Assembly: GCA_029960955.1 (NCBI GenBank)
Contig: JASBVS010000018.1
Location: forward strand, 4,297-68,296
Source: Bacillota bacterium
Lineage (GTDB): Bacteria > Bacillota > Sulfobacillia > JAIMAT01
Direction of reading: 5' to 3'
DNA: 64,000 nt
Shown one piece after another: positions 1-8,597 of this stretch (position 1 is its first letter; every line of letters begins with the position of its first letter). The notes under the pieces are model-generated. The model was given only the letters and a program-made list of their open reading frames with translations. It was not told the origin of the DNA and searched no databases. The translations under genes and the position numbers were made by a program.

Positions 1-1
1 C

Positions 2-406
2 GAAGTCGACGCTCGCCCGCGAGGCCGCCAGGTAGCCCATCTCCGCGTCGGGCCGGCGGTCCGCGCGTCCGAGGTCGAGGTCGTAGATGACGGCGGCGGG
101 CACGATCGGCACCCGCACGTCGCCCGCCTGGTAGCCGCGCCCGTGCTCCTCCAGCCAGCGCATCACCCCGTCGGCGGCGGCCAGGCCGAAGGCGCTGCCC
201 CCCGTCAGGAGGAGGGCGTCGACGCGCTGTACCAGTCGCCCGGGCCGGAGCAGGTCGGTCTCGCGCGTGCCGGGGGCGGAGCCGCGCACGTCGACGCCGC
301 AGACCGCCGGTCGCTCCGCGAGGAGGACGGTGCAGCCGGTCAGCGCTTCCTCGTCCTGGGCGTGGCCGACCAGGACGCCGGGAACGTCGGTGATCTTGCC
401 CAGCAT
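2..406 (-). CDS. P1/DmpA-family (S58) peptidase, 5' part; runs off the window edge
   Basis: Manual translation MLGKITDVPGVLVGHAQD..LTGCTV..GVDVRGSAPGTRETDLL..LLTGGSAFGLAAADGVM..VPIVPAAVIYDL is typical of the DmpA/P1 N-terminus; not in the ORF track. Confidence 0.85.
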   Translation of the reverse strand, partial: MLGKITDVPGVLVGHAQDEEALTGCTVLLAERPAVCGVDVRGSAPGTRETDLLRPGRLVQRVDALLLTGGSAFGLAAADGVMRWLEEHGRGYQAGDVRVPIVPAAVIYDLDLGRADRRPDAEMGYLAASRASVDF

Positions 407-412
407 GCCGCT

Positions 413-1222
413 CTACCTCTCCCGGCCCAGCGAGAGCCGCCCGGAATGGGCCACCCGCACCTGGCCGTCCGCCGTCACCAGCTCCAGGCCGCCGTCCGCG
501 CGGACGGCCATCAGGCGCCCGCGGAGCCGGCCTTCGCCTTGCACCAGCGTCACCTCTTCCCCGAGTCCGGAGACCCTGGAGACGTAGGCGGCGAGGAGGC
601 CGCCGAGCCGTCCCGCCCGCAGCTCCTCGACGCGCTCGTGGAGCCGGAGCAGGAGCGCTCGTCCCAGTTCGGCTCGCGGCACCGGGCGTCCCAGGGCGCG
701 GACCAGCGAGGTGGTGGGCAGGCGGACGGCAGGCGGCAGGTCCAGCGCGGTCAGGTTGACGTCCACGCCCACGCCGATCACCGCGAAGGAGGGACGGTTG
801 CCCTGGTAGGAGAGCTCGACGAAGACGCCGCCGAAGGTCCGCCCGGAGAGCTGCAGCTCGCCCGGCCAGAGGATCCGCGGCGCAAGACCGACCTGCTCTT
901 CGACGGCCTCCGCGGCGGCCACCGCCGCCGCCAGGGTGAGCACGCCGGCGTCGCCCTGGCCGGAGGCCGGCCGGATCAGGGCGGAGAGCCAGAGCCCGCC
1001 GCCCCGCGGCGAGTACCAGCGCCGTCCGCCCGCGGCCCGGCCGCTCTCCTGCTCCTCGGCCACCACCACGGTCCATTCGGCGGCGCCTTGGACGGCCATG
1101 CGCTTGACGGCCTCGTTGGTGGAGTCCACCGAGGGAAGGATGCGCAGGGCCGTCAGCCACTCCTGGTCGGCGAGAAGGACCGGCAGCTCCTGGCTGAGAT
1201 CGTCCTTCAGGAGGACCGCCAC
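413..1222 (-). CDS. birA: Biotin--[acetyl-CoA carboxylase] ligase without N-terminal HTH
   Basis: VDSTN, VVAEEQESGR..GRRWYSP..GLWLS and VIGVGVDVN motifs; the usual KWPND and GKK motifs read LWPGE and GRT. Confidence 0.75.
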   Translation of the reverse strand: MAVLLKDDLSQELPVLLADQEWLTALRILPSVDSTNEAVKRMAVQGAAEWTVVVAEEQESGRAAGGRRWYSPRGGGLWLSALIRPASGQGDAGVLTLAAAVAAAEAVEEQVGLAPRILWPGELQLSGRTFGGVFVELSYQGNRPSFAVIGVGVDVNLTALDLPPAVRLPTTSLVRALGRPVPRAELGRALLLRLHERVEELRAGRLGGLLAAYVSRVSGLGEEVTLVQGEGRLRGRLMAVRADGGLELVTADGQVRVAHSGRLSLGRER

Positions 1223-1309
1223 GGCAGCAACCCTCCCATCGGGCTTCGCGACGTGGGCCCCGGGGCCGTCCGCAGCGCGGCTCGGAGCCGCCCTTCCGCG
1301 GCGACGGAG

Positions 1310-1756
1310 CTAGCGCGGGCGACGACGCCCCGCGGAGAGGCGACGCGGTTCCAGGGCCAGCGGTCGCCGGTCGCCGAAGCCGTCGTGGACCCCATGATAG
1401 TGACCGACGAAGCTCTCGCCAATCTGCCAGCAGAGCATGGCGTCGCGACCCTCCAGCAGGGTGGGGAAGTCGACGATGCCCGTCTCGACGTCGCGCAGCT
1501 GGCAGCCCAGCGCCTCCAGCTCCGCGACCACCGCGCGCCCTTCCTGAAGGAGCTGCCGCATGGCCTGGCGCTCCAGCCGGTAGTCGACCCGCATGATCAA
1601 CCGGCCGTCAGGCCGGCGGCCGACGGCCCGGATGCGTTCGCTGGCCTCCGCGTGCTGCCGCCCCTCCCGCAGCAGCCGCTGCAGCATCAGGATGCGATCC
1701 TCGAGAAGGGGCAGGAGCGCATTCGCCTCGGCGACCGTGAAGTAGCGGTAGCCCAC
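1310..1756 (-). CDS. DUF2203 family protein
   Basis: RYFTVAEANALLP..RDVETGIVDFP..LCWQIGE..YHGVHDGFGDRRPL; GTG start after GAAGGAGG; TATAAT at 1782-1787 on the minus strand. Confidence 0.85.
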   Translation of the reverse strand: MGYRYFTVAEANALLPLLEDRILMLQRLLREGRQHAEASERIRAVGRRPDGRLIMRVDYRLERQAMRQLLQEGRAVVAELEALGCQLRDVETGIVDFPTLLEGRDAMLCWQIGESFVGHYHGVHDGFGDRRPLALEPRRLSAGRRRPR

Positions 1757-1829
1757 CGTCGACCTCCTTCCGCTGGGCTGCATTATAGCGCTGCGAGGGT
1801 GCAGCCCGCCGGTGGGAGGAGGGTCGCTC

Positions 1830-2291
1830 TCAGGCGCCGAGGAGCCGTTCGTGCTCGATCTTCATGCAGCGGTCCATGACGACGAAGAGGCCCGCCTCCC
1901 GCGCCCGCCGGGCCGCCTCCGGAGCGACGACGCCCAGCTGGAGCCAGAGGGCCCGGACTCCGCCGCGGCGCAGGAGCTGCTCCACCACCCCCGGCACTTC
2001 CTCGGGCCTGCGGAAGACGTCGACCACGTCGATCTGGAGATCGCCGGGGATCTCTTCCAGGCTCGGATAGCAGGTCTCCCCCAGGATCGCGGAGTGGCCG
2101 GGGTTGACCGGCACGATCCGGTAGCCGTGCTCCTGCAGGTAGCGGGCGACGCCGTGGCTGGGCCGCTCCTCCTTCGGCGAAAGGCCGACCACGGCCACGG
2201 TCCGCGCCTGGCGCAGGAGCGCCTCGATGGCGGAGTCCTCGGGGTTCTGCCAGCCGGCGGCTCCGCCTTGGTTCGGATCGGAGACGGACAC
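1830..2291 (-). CDS. CoA-binding protein (YccU/YneT-like)
   Basis: VAVVGLSPKEERPSHGVARYLQEHGY.IVPVNP..DVVDVFR..LWLQLGV..VVMDRCMKIEH. Confidence 0.9.
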   Translation of the reverse strand: MSVSDPNQGGAAGWQNPEDSAIEALLRQARTVAVVGLSPKEERPSHGVARYLQEHGYRIVPVNPGHSAILGETCYPSLEEIPGDLQIDVVDVFRRPEEVPGVVEQLLRRGGVRALWLQLGVVAPEAARRAREAGLFVVMDRCMKIEHERLLGA

Positions 2292-2357
2292 GCTCCCTAC
2301 CTCCTCTCCCCTCTGAAACCCGGGCAGCCGGGGGACGGCCCGTCGGCCCGCCCGACC

Positions 2358-2987
2358 TCACGCCTCCGGCCACTCCACCTCGAAGCCGGCGTCGCGCAGC
2401 TCGCGCACCGCCGGACGCGGATCGATGCCCTCGAGGCGGAGGATGAGCCGGCATCCGTCGCCCTCCGGCTGGCTGAGCATGCTGAGCGCGCAACGGCCCG
2501 CGCGCTCCAGCGCCTGGCCGAGCCGCGCCAGCGCGGCCGGATCGTGCCGGAGGCGCACCGCGACGCGCGAACTGCCGGCGGCCAGCACCCCGGTCAGCTC
2601 GGCCAGGTGGCGCAGCAGGTCGCTGGTGGTGACGATGCCGACCAGCTCCCCCGCGTCGTTCACCACCGGCAGCGCGCTCACCTTCCTGGCCAGCATCAGG
2701 GCCGCGGCCTCCTCCACGGGCTCCTCGGGGCCGACCGTCTCCACCGGCGTCATCATCACGTAGCGGACCGGCGTCCGGTCGAAGGCGGCGGTGTCGGGCC
2801 GGCTCTCCAGCGACGAGGGAGCGGCGTCGCGCAGGTCGCGGTCGGAGAGGATGCCGACGAGCCGGTCGCCCTCCAGGACCGGCAGATGGCGGAAGCCGTG
2901 GCTGCGGGCCAGTTCCCACGCCTCGCGCAGGCTGGTCCCGGGCCCGACCGAGACGACCGGACGGCTCATCACGTCCCGGACACGCAT
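2358..2987 (-). CDS. CBS-pair + ACT-like protein (AcuB-like)
   Basis: Two CBS repeats (RHLPVLEGDRLVGILSDRDL; SALPVVNDAGELVGIVTTSDL) plus a C-terminal ACT-like segment. Confidence 0.85.
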   Translation of the reverse strand: MRVRDVMSRPVVSVGPGTSLREAWELARSHGFRHLPVLEGDRLVGILSDRDLRDAAPSSLESRPDTAAFDRTPVRYVMMTPVETVGPEEPVEEAAALMLARKVSALPVVNDAGELVGIVTTSDLLRHLAELTGVLAAGSSRVAVRLRHDPAALARLGQALERAGRCALSMLSQPEGDGCRLILRLEGIDPRPAVRELRDAGFEVEWPEA

Positions 2988-3008
2988 CCTCCTCGCCTCC
3001 CGCCCCGA

Positions 3009-3998
3009 TCATCGGCATGCGGCCGCACGGGCCACAATCGGTCGCGGGCCGGATACGCCCAGCGCTTCCTCGACCGCTCCGGCCACGTCGGTCAGGCTCC
3101 GCAGGCGCGGCGCCAGCCGCGCGCGGTCGGCGCCGGCGAGCGCCACCAGGGCCGGGTTGCCCGTGTGCCGCCGGCTGCCCAGGTCCTCCACGTTGCCGTG
3201 GTCGCTCACCACCAGCAGCAGGGTGTCGGAGAGGTCCGCTTCCTCCAGCACCCTCCCCAGGAAGGTGTCCAGGGCGCGGAGCCGCTCGCGCGCCAGGCGG
3301 GCCTCCTGCAGGTGGCCCGCCTGGTCGGTGAGCCAGTACTCGAAGAAGGTGAGGGCGTGGAGGCGCGCCAGGCGGGCGAGGCGGCGGCCGGACTCGGCCG
3401 GATCGGGGCCCAGGTCGTGGCGCACGGCCAGGCCGGCGGCCAGCTCCTCCGGGCCGCGCGGGCGGAGGCCGGCGGCGTCGGCCGCCCAGGCGCTGGCCGG
3501 CGGCCTGAGCCAGGCCGGGCGCCCCGGGGCGGGCGGGCGCAGGCGGAGGTCGACGCGGCGGTGCTCCGCTTCCTGCGCGAGCCAGAGCGCCCGTACGCGC
3601 TCGAACCAGGGCTGGAAGTCCGCGCCGTGCGCGTTGGCCAGCGCGACGCTGCGGCCGGCGGCGCGCAGGCGGAGGAAGAGGTTGTCGGCGCGCAGGAGCC
3701 GGATCAGGCTCGGCGTCGGCTGGCCGCTCCGGTGCCGGCCGAGGCGCGCGGCGGCGTTGACGCCCGTCAGGATCGCCGTCTGGCCCGTGGCGCTCTGCGG
3801 CAGGCCGGGCACGCCCAGGCCGGCGTCCACCGGGAGGAGCGTCGCCAGCGTACCCTCGCGCGGCTCGCGACCGGCCGGCGGCGCGTCGCCGCCCAGGAGC
3901 CGCCAGGTCGGGAGCCCGGGATCGTCCAGGGGGCTTCCTCGCGCCTCGGGCGGCACCCCCACTCCGTCGACGAAGACCAGGATGACGTGCGCGGCCAA
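3009..3998 (-). CDS. Alkaline-phosphatase-superfamily metalloenzyme (phosphoglycerate-mutase-like)
   Basis: VILVFVDGVG, GLPQSATGQTAILTG, TDQAGH and VVSDHGNVED..HTGNP metal-binding motifs; TTG start after GGAGG. Confidence 0.8.
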   Translation of the reverse strand: MAAHVILVFVDGVGVPPEARGSPLDDPGLPTWRLLGGDAPPAGREPREGTLATLLPVDAGLGVPGLPQSATGQTAILTGVNAAARLGRHRSGQPTPSLIRLLRADNLFLRLRAAGRSVALANAHGADFQPWFERVRALWLAQEAEHRRVDLRLRPPAPGRPAWLRPPASAWAADAAGLRPRGPEELAAGLAVRHDLGPDPAESGRRLARLARLHALTFFEYWLTDQAGHLQEARLARERLRALDTFLGRVLEEADLSDTLLLVVSDHGNVEDLGSRRHTGNPALVALAGADRARLAPRLRSLTDVAGAVEEALGVSGPRPIVARAAACR

Positions 3999-4094
3999 CG
4001 GGCCTCCCTCCCCGCCGCTCACCTCGTCCCGTGGCGCCGAATATACCGTGCCCCGGAGGAAGGCAGCCCCCGTTCGCACCGGAGGTGGACCGTC

Positions 4095-4496
4095 GTGGTG
4101 AGGCTCTTCCCGGTCGTCGTCGACGGCATCGGCGTCACCGGCATCGAGATCGAACTCCCCCGCACGCACCTGGCGGTGGTGGCGGGCGACCGCGGCTATC
4201 TCATGTGCGGAGCGCTGGACGTGGCGCTCCTCGACGGGCGGCTTGCCCAGCGCCGCATCCTGGCCGGCCGTGCCGTGGGCGTCCGCACCGTGGCCGAGCT
4301 GCTCGAGGCGCCGCTGGAGTCGGTCACGCGCGAGGCGCAGGCCGCCGGGCTGCGACCCGGCATGCTCGGCCGCGAGGCCGTCCGCTACCTCGTCTCCAGC
4401 GCCGCCCTCACCCCCGCCAGCGGGTCCAGCGCCGCGGCGCCGGGCGAGGCGCCTCCGGACCAGGAGGCGCGGCGCGCGCTGAAGGCGGGCAGGTAG
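4095..4496 (+). CDS. yunC: YunC/DUF1805 family protein
   Basis: GYLMCGALDVALL..RRILAGRAVGVRTVAELLEAPLESVT..GMLGREA; GGAGGTGG RBS at 4081. Confidence 0.85.
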   Translation: MVRLFPVVVDGIGVTGIEIELPRTHLAVVAGDRGYLMCGALDVALLDGRLAQRRILAGRAVGVRTVAELLEAPLESVTREAQAAGLRPGMLGREAVRYLVSSAALTPASGSSAAAPGEAPPDQEARRALKAGR

Positions 4497-5071
4497 ACCT
4501 TGAGCACCTGCTCGAGGACGCGGCGCACGTCGAGGTGACCGTTGCGCTCCACCAGCCGTTGCACCAGGAAGATGTTGACGATGCCCAGGATGGTCAGGGC
4601 GCCGACGCGCGCCTCGGGAGCGGGCGAGCGGGGCAGGAAGCGCTGGACGAAGGTGCTCAGCGAGCCGACCAGCCGGCCGAAGTAGAGCAGGCGGACGTCG
4701 TTGAGCGGCTGTTCGCCGAAACCGAACATCTCCCGGGCCACGATCTGCATCGAGGGGCCGTAGCCGGCGAAATACCGGAGGTAGAGGACGACGAAGCGGC
4801 GGATGCCCGCCTCCAGCGTGCGGGCGCGCTCCAGCGCGGCCTCGGTCGCCTGCGCCAGCCGCTCCAGGTGCTCGGTGACCACGGTCCGGTAGAGCTGCTC
4901 CTTGTTGCCGAAGTAGTAGTAGATCATGGGCTTCGTCGTGTTGGCCTCCTCGGCGATGGCGCGGACGGACGTCCCCGCGAAGCCGCGCTGGGCGAAGAGG
5001 CGGGTCGCGCTGCGGAAGATCCGCTCGCGGACCTCGTCGGGTGCCCCGTACGAAGGCAGCGAAAGCTTCAT
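4385..5071 (-). CDS. TetR/AcrR family transcriptional regulator
   Basis: RERIFRSATRLFAQRGFAGTSVRAIAEEANTTKPMIYYYFGNKEQLY HTH. Confidence 0.9.
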   Translation of the reverse strand: MKLSLPSYGAPDEVRERIFRSATRLFAQRGFAGTSVRAIAEEANTTKPMIYYYFGNKEQLYRTVVTEHLERLAQATEAALERARTLEAGIRRFVVLYLRYFAGYGPSMQIVAREMFGFGEQPLNDVRLLYFGRLVGSLSTFVQRFLPRSPAPEARVGALTILGIVNIFLVQRLVERNGHLDVRRVLEQVLKVYLPAFSARRASWSGGASPGAAALDPLAGVRAALETR

Positions 5072-5469
5072 CGCGATTCCCCCTCCCTCGCCTCCGCCGC
5101 GCTCTCCGGAGGCGCCAGCTCGAGCGGTGCGAGAGGCCGGAGGCCGCGCCCGGGCAGCGCCCCGGGGTCGGCTTCCTGCCGCTCCAGCGCCTCGCGGAGC
5201 CAGCGCCGCAGGGCGGCGACGTCCAGCCCGCGGAAGCGGTCGGGGTAGGGCTCCAGCATGGCCGCCGCCTGCGCCAGGTGGCGGCGGAAGCCGCGCGCGT
5301 TCCCCCGGCCGGCGTGGACGTGGGCGGCCGCCAGGATGATCAGCGCCTGGTAGAAGCGGTCCCGCCCGCGGGCGCGCCAGAGCTCCTCCAGCACCTCGTG
5401 GCTCTCGAAGTAACGCCCCCGGTTGAAGAGTTCGACGAAGCGCGAATAGGCCTCGGGCCAGCTCTCCAC
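5068..5469 (-). CDS. DUF309 family protein
   Basis: LFNRGRYFESHEVLEELW..FYQALIILAAAHVH..GN; 4-bp overlap with the TetR start. Confidence 0.85.
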   Translation of the reverse strand: MESWPEAYSRFVELFNRGRYFESHEVLEELWRARGRDRFYQALIILAAAHVHAGRGNARGFRRHLAQAAAMLEPYPDRFRGLDVAALRRWLREALERQEADPGALPGRGLRPLAPLELAPPESAAEAREGESR

Positions 5470-5570
5470 CCTGGCACCCCTCCCGCCCTTGCACCGATCG
5501 TAGCACCCGGCGCAAGAGGGGGCGCGGCTCCGGGTCGCGAAGCCATGGCGCCGGGGGCGGAGGTCTCCGT

Positions 5571-8500
5571 ATGCGTTGGCATGTCCTGCCTGTCCTGCTT
5601 CCGGAAAGCCGGCGCCGGGCGGTGGAGGAGCTCCTCCGCCGCATGGAGGAGGAGCCGCCGGCGGGCTCGTGGCTCTGGCTGGCCGCCACCGCCACGCTGA
5701 GGCGGCAGGTGGAGCGCGAGTGGGCGGGGCGGCCGTCGCTCTTCCTGCGCGGGCGGCTGGCCACCCTGCGCGAGCTGGCCGAGGAGGAGCTGGCCCGCCG
5801 GGGGAGGCCGCTCCGCCCGCTGGGCGAGGCCGCGCGCGCCTGGCTCGTCGGCCGGCTGGTGCGCGAGCTGGAGGGGGAGGGCGAGGCCGGCCCGCTGGCC
5901 GGCCACGGCGACCACCCTCACCTCTCCGTGGCCCTGGGCGGCCTCTTCCTGGAGCTGGAGCAGGCGGCGGTGGAGCCGGCCGAGCTGGAGCGGCTCCTGC
6001 CCGAGGCGGAGGCGGAGACGGGCGAGGCGGCGCCCCTGCCGGCGCCGCTGCTGGCCGCGCTCTACCGGCGCTACCGCGAGGAGGTGGAGCGGGCGGCCCT
6101 GCGCGACGGGGCGGTGGAGTACCTGATGGCCGCCCGCGCGGCGGGCTCCCGGCCACCGGCGCCGGAGGCGGCCGGGGAGGGCCGCCGGGCGCCGCGCCGG
6201 GTGGTGCTGGACGGCTTCCACGACCTGACGCCGGCGCAGGCCCGCGCCCTGGTCGCCTCGCTGGGCGACGGCGCGGAGGAAGGCTTCCTCCTCTGGCCGG
6301 GCGATCCGCGCGACGAGGCCGACCGGCAGGCGCTGGCGAGCTTCGCGCCGCTCTTCCCGCGCGGCGCCGACGTCGTCGGCCCGGCCGCGCCGCCGCCCGG
6401 GGCGGAGGGTGCGCCGGCGGAACGGCCGGCCTGGCGCCTCCTCCACCCCCTCGACCGGCGCGAGGAAGTGGAGCAGGCGCTCGCATGGGCGGCCGACGAC
6501 CCCGCCGGCACGCTGCTCGTCGCGCGCAGCCCGGAGCTCTACCGCGAGGAGCTGGTCCGCGCCTGCCGGGCGCTGGGGCTGCCGGCGCCGGAGCGGGAGG
6601 AGCGGCTCGACCTGACGCCCTCCGGCCGGGCGCTCCTCGACCTGGCGCGGGCGCGCTGGGCTCCCGGCGCCACCTCGACGGCGGCGCTCCTGCGCAGCGG
6701 ACTCTGGTCGCCCGCCGGCGATCGCGCCCTCCTCCTGGCCGCCCTGGCGGCCACCGGCGAGGCGCCGGACGGCGACTGGCTCCGTCGGCTGGAGCGGCGC
6801 GCAGCCACCGCGGCCGCCGACCCGGAGCTGCGCCGGCTCCCCTGGGCCGAGCTCCTCGCCGGCTGGCGGGCGCTGCGCCGGCGCCTGGAGGAGGCGCTGC
6901 CCGGGCAGGGCCGGCCCTCCGCTCTGCTGGCCGCGCTCCTGCGGACGGCGGAGGAGCTGGGGGCGCCGGCGGCGCTGGCCTCGCCCGCGCCGGAGGAGGC
7001 GGCGCGGCGGGCGCTGGAGTGGGAGGCGCTGCGGGCGTTCGCGGGCGCCCTGGAACGCGTGGAGGGGAGGGAGGTCGTCGAGGGGCGCCGCTTCCTGGAC
7101 CGCCTCGCGCAGGCGCTGGCGCTGGAGGGCGTCGAACGGCCCGCCGAGGGGCCGGGGGCGCCGCGGCTCCTCCACCCCTCCGAGCTGCGCGGGCTCGCCG
7201 TCCGCCGCGTCCTCCTCCTCGGTCTCCACGAGGGCGGCTGGCCGCAGGCCTACCACCCCGACGGCCTCCTCGGCGAGGGCGTGCGCGAGCGGCTGCGCCG
7301 GCGGGGCCTCCGCCTCGAGAGCCGGGAGAGCCTGCGGCAGCGGGAAGGCTTCCTCTTCCGCCTGGCGACGGCGGCGGGCGAGGAGGTCTGGCTCAGCCTG
7401 CCGCGCTTCGAGGGGCAGAACCCGCTGGAACCCTCCAGCCTGGCGCCGGCCGAGGCGGAGGGCGACTCGCCTCCGGCGCCGCCTCCCCTCCCGTCGCCGC
7501 TCCGCGCAGCCCTGGCGCGGGGCGCGGGCCCGGAGGCCGCCTCGCTGGAGCGGCGGCGCGCGGCCGAGCGCGGCCGGCGCTCGCCGCGCCTGGACGCCTG
7601 GCAGGGGCTCCTGGAGGGGGACCGCCGGCTGGTCGGCTACCTGGCGGCGCGCCATGCGGGCGGGGCGCGCCTGGACGTGACGGCCGTCAACAGCTACCTC
7701 ACCTGCCCCTTCCAGTTCCTGGTCCTCCACGAGTGGCGGCTGCGCAGCCTCCCCTCCCCCGTCGAGGCGCTGACGCCGCTGGAGGAAGGCAACCTTCTCC
7801 ATCGCCTGCTGGCCGCCGTCCTCCGGCCGCGCCTGGGGCGCCCGCTGGGCGAGCTGGCCGGCGAGGAGGTTCGCGAGGAAGCGGAGCGGCTGGCGGAGGC
7901 GCTCCTCGCGGAGTGGGAGGAGCGGGCGCTGCCGCCGCCGGCGGTCCTGGCCGGCGCCCGCCAGTCGCTGCGACGCCGCCTCCGCGCCTGGCTCCAGGCG
8001 GAGGTCGAGCGGGCGCAAGGCGGCTACGATCTTCTTCCGCTGGCCGTGGAGGCCGACCTGGAGGTCGCCTTCCCCGGCCCGGACGGCCAGCCCTGGCGGC
8101 TGCCCGGGCGGGCCGACCGGGTCGACGGCGCGGGGGACGAGGTGGTCATCTACGACTACAAGCGGTCCTCCCGCGACGCGAAGGCGGTGCTGGAGCTGGA
8201 CGACGTCCAGCTGCCCGCCTACGCGCTCGCCTGGCAGCAGCGCGAGCCCGCCGCCCGGGTGCTGGGCGCCGCCTGGTACAACCTGCGCGACCTGGACCTG
8301 CGCCACGGGCTCTGGCGGGAGGAGGCGCGCCGGCTGGTGGAGCTGGGCCGGACGCAGCCGGGCTACCTTCCACCCGCCCTCTGGGAGGACCTCATGGAGC
8401 GCCTGCCGGAGCGGCTGGCTTACGTGGGCGCCGCGATCCAGGCGGGGCGCTTCCCCGTCCTGCCCCGCTCCGACTGCCCCCCGGACTGCCCGGCGGCCGA

Positions 8501-8597
8501 GGTCTGCCGCGTCGAGCCCTCGCGCCTGGGCGCCAAGCGCGGATGGTGGGAGACGGCGAAGGAGATGGCGGCGAGTGACGCTCACCTGGACGGATGA
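5571..8597 (+). CDS. addB: AddB-like subunit: inactive helicase fold + PD-(D/E)xK nuclease with Fe-S cysteines
   Basis: VVLDGFHDLTPAQ; YLTCPFQF; EEGNLLHRLL; GRADRVD..IYDYK; DVQLPAY; C-terminal CPPDCPAAEVC; coupled to the addA-like gene. Confidence 0.75.
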   Translation: MRWHVLPVLLPESRRRAVEELLRRMEEEPPAGSWLWLAATATLRRQVEREWAGRPSLFLRGRLATLRELAEEELARRGRPLRPLGEAARAWLVGRLVRELEGEGEAGPLAGHGDHPHLSVALGGLFLELEQAAVEPAELERLLPEAEAETGEAAPLPAPLLAALYRRYREEVERAALRDGAVEYLMAARAAGSRPPAPEAAGEGRRAPRRVVLDGFHDLTPAQARALVASLGDGAEEGFLLWPGDPRDEADRQALASFAPLFPRGADVVGPAAPPPGAEGAPAERPAWRLLHPLDRREEVEQALAWAADDPAGTLLVARSPELYREELVRACRALGLPAPEREERLDLTPSGRALLDLARARWAPGATSTAALLRSGLWSPAGDRALLLAALAATGEAPDGDWLRRLERRAATAAADPELRRLPWAELLAGWRALRRRLEEALPGQGRPSALLAALLRTAEELGAPAALASPAPEEAARRALEWEALRAFAGALERVEGREVVEGRRFLDRLAQALALEGVERPAEGPGAPRLLHPSELRGLAVRRVLLLGLHEGGWPQAYHPDGLLGEGVRERLRRRGLRLESRESLRQREGFLFRLATAAGEEVWLSLPRFEGQNPLEPSSLAPAEAEGDSPPAPPPLPSPLRAALARGAGPEAASLERRRAAERGRRSPRLDAWQGLLEGDRRLVGYLAARHAGGARLDVTAVNSYLTCPFQFLVLHEWRLRSLPSPVEALTPLEEGNLLHRLLAAVLRPRLGRPLGELAGEEVREEAERLAEALLAEWEERALPPPAVLAGARQSLRRRLRAWLQAEVERAQGGYDLLPLAVEADLEVAFPGPDGQPWRLPGRADRVDGAGDEVVIYDYKRSSRDAKAVLELDDVQLPAYALAWQQREPAARVLGAAWYNLRDLDLRHGLWREEARRLVELGRTQPGYLPPALWEDLMERLPERLAYVGAAIQAGRFPVLPRSDCPPDCPAAEVCRVEPSRLGAKRGWWETAKEMAASDAHLDG

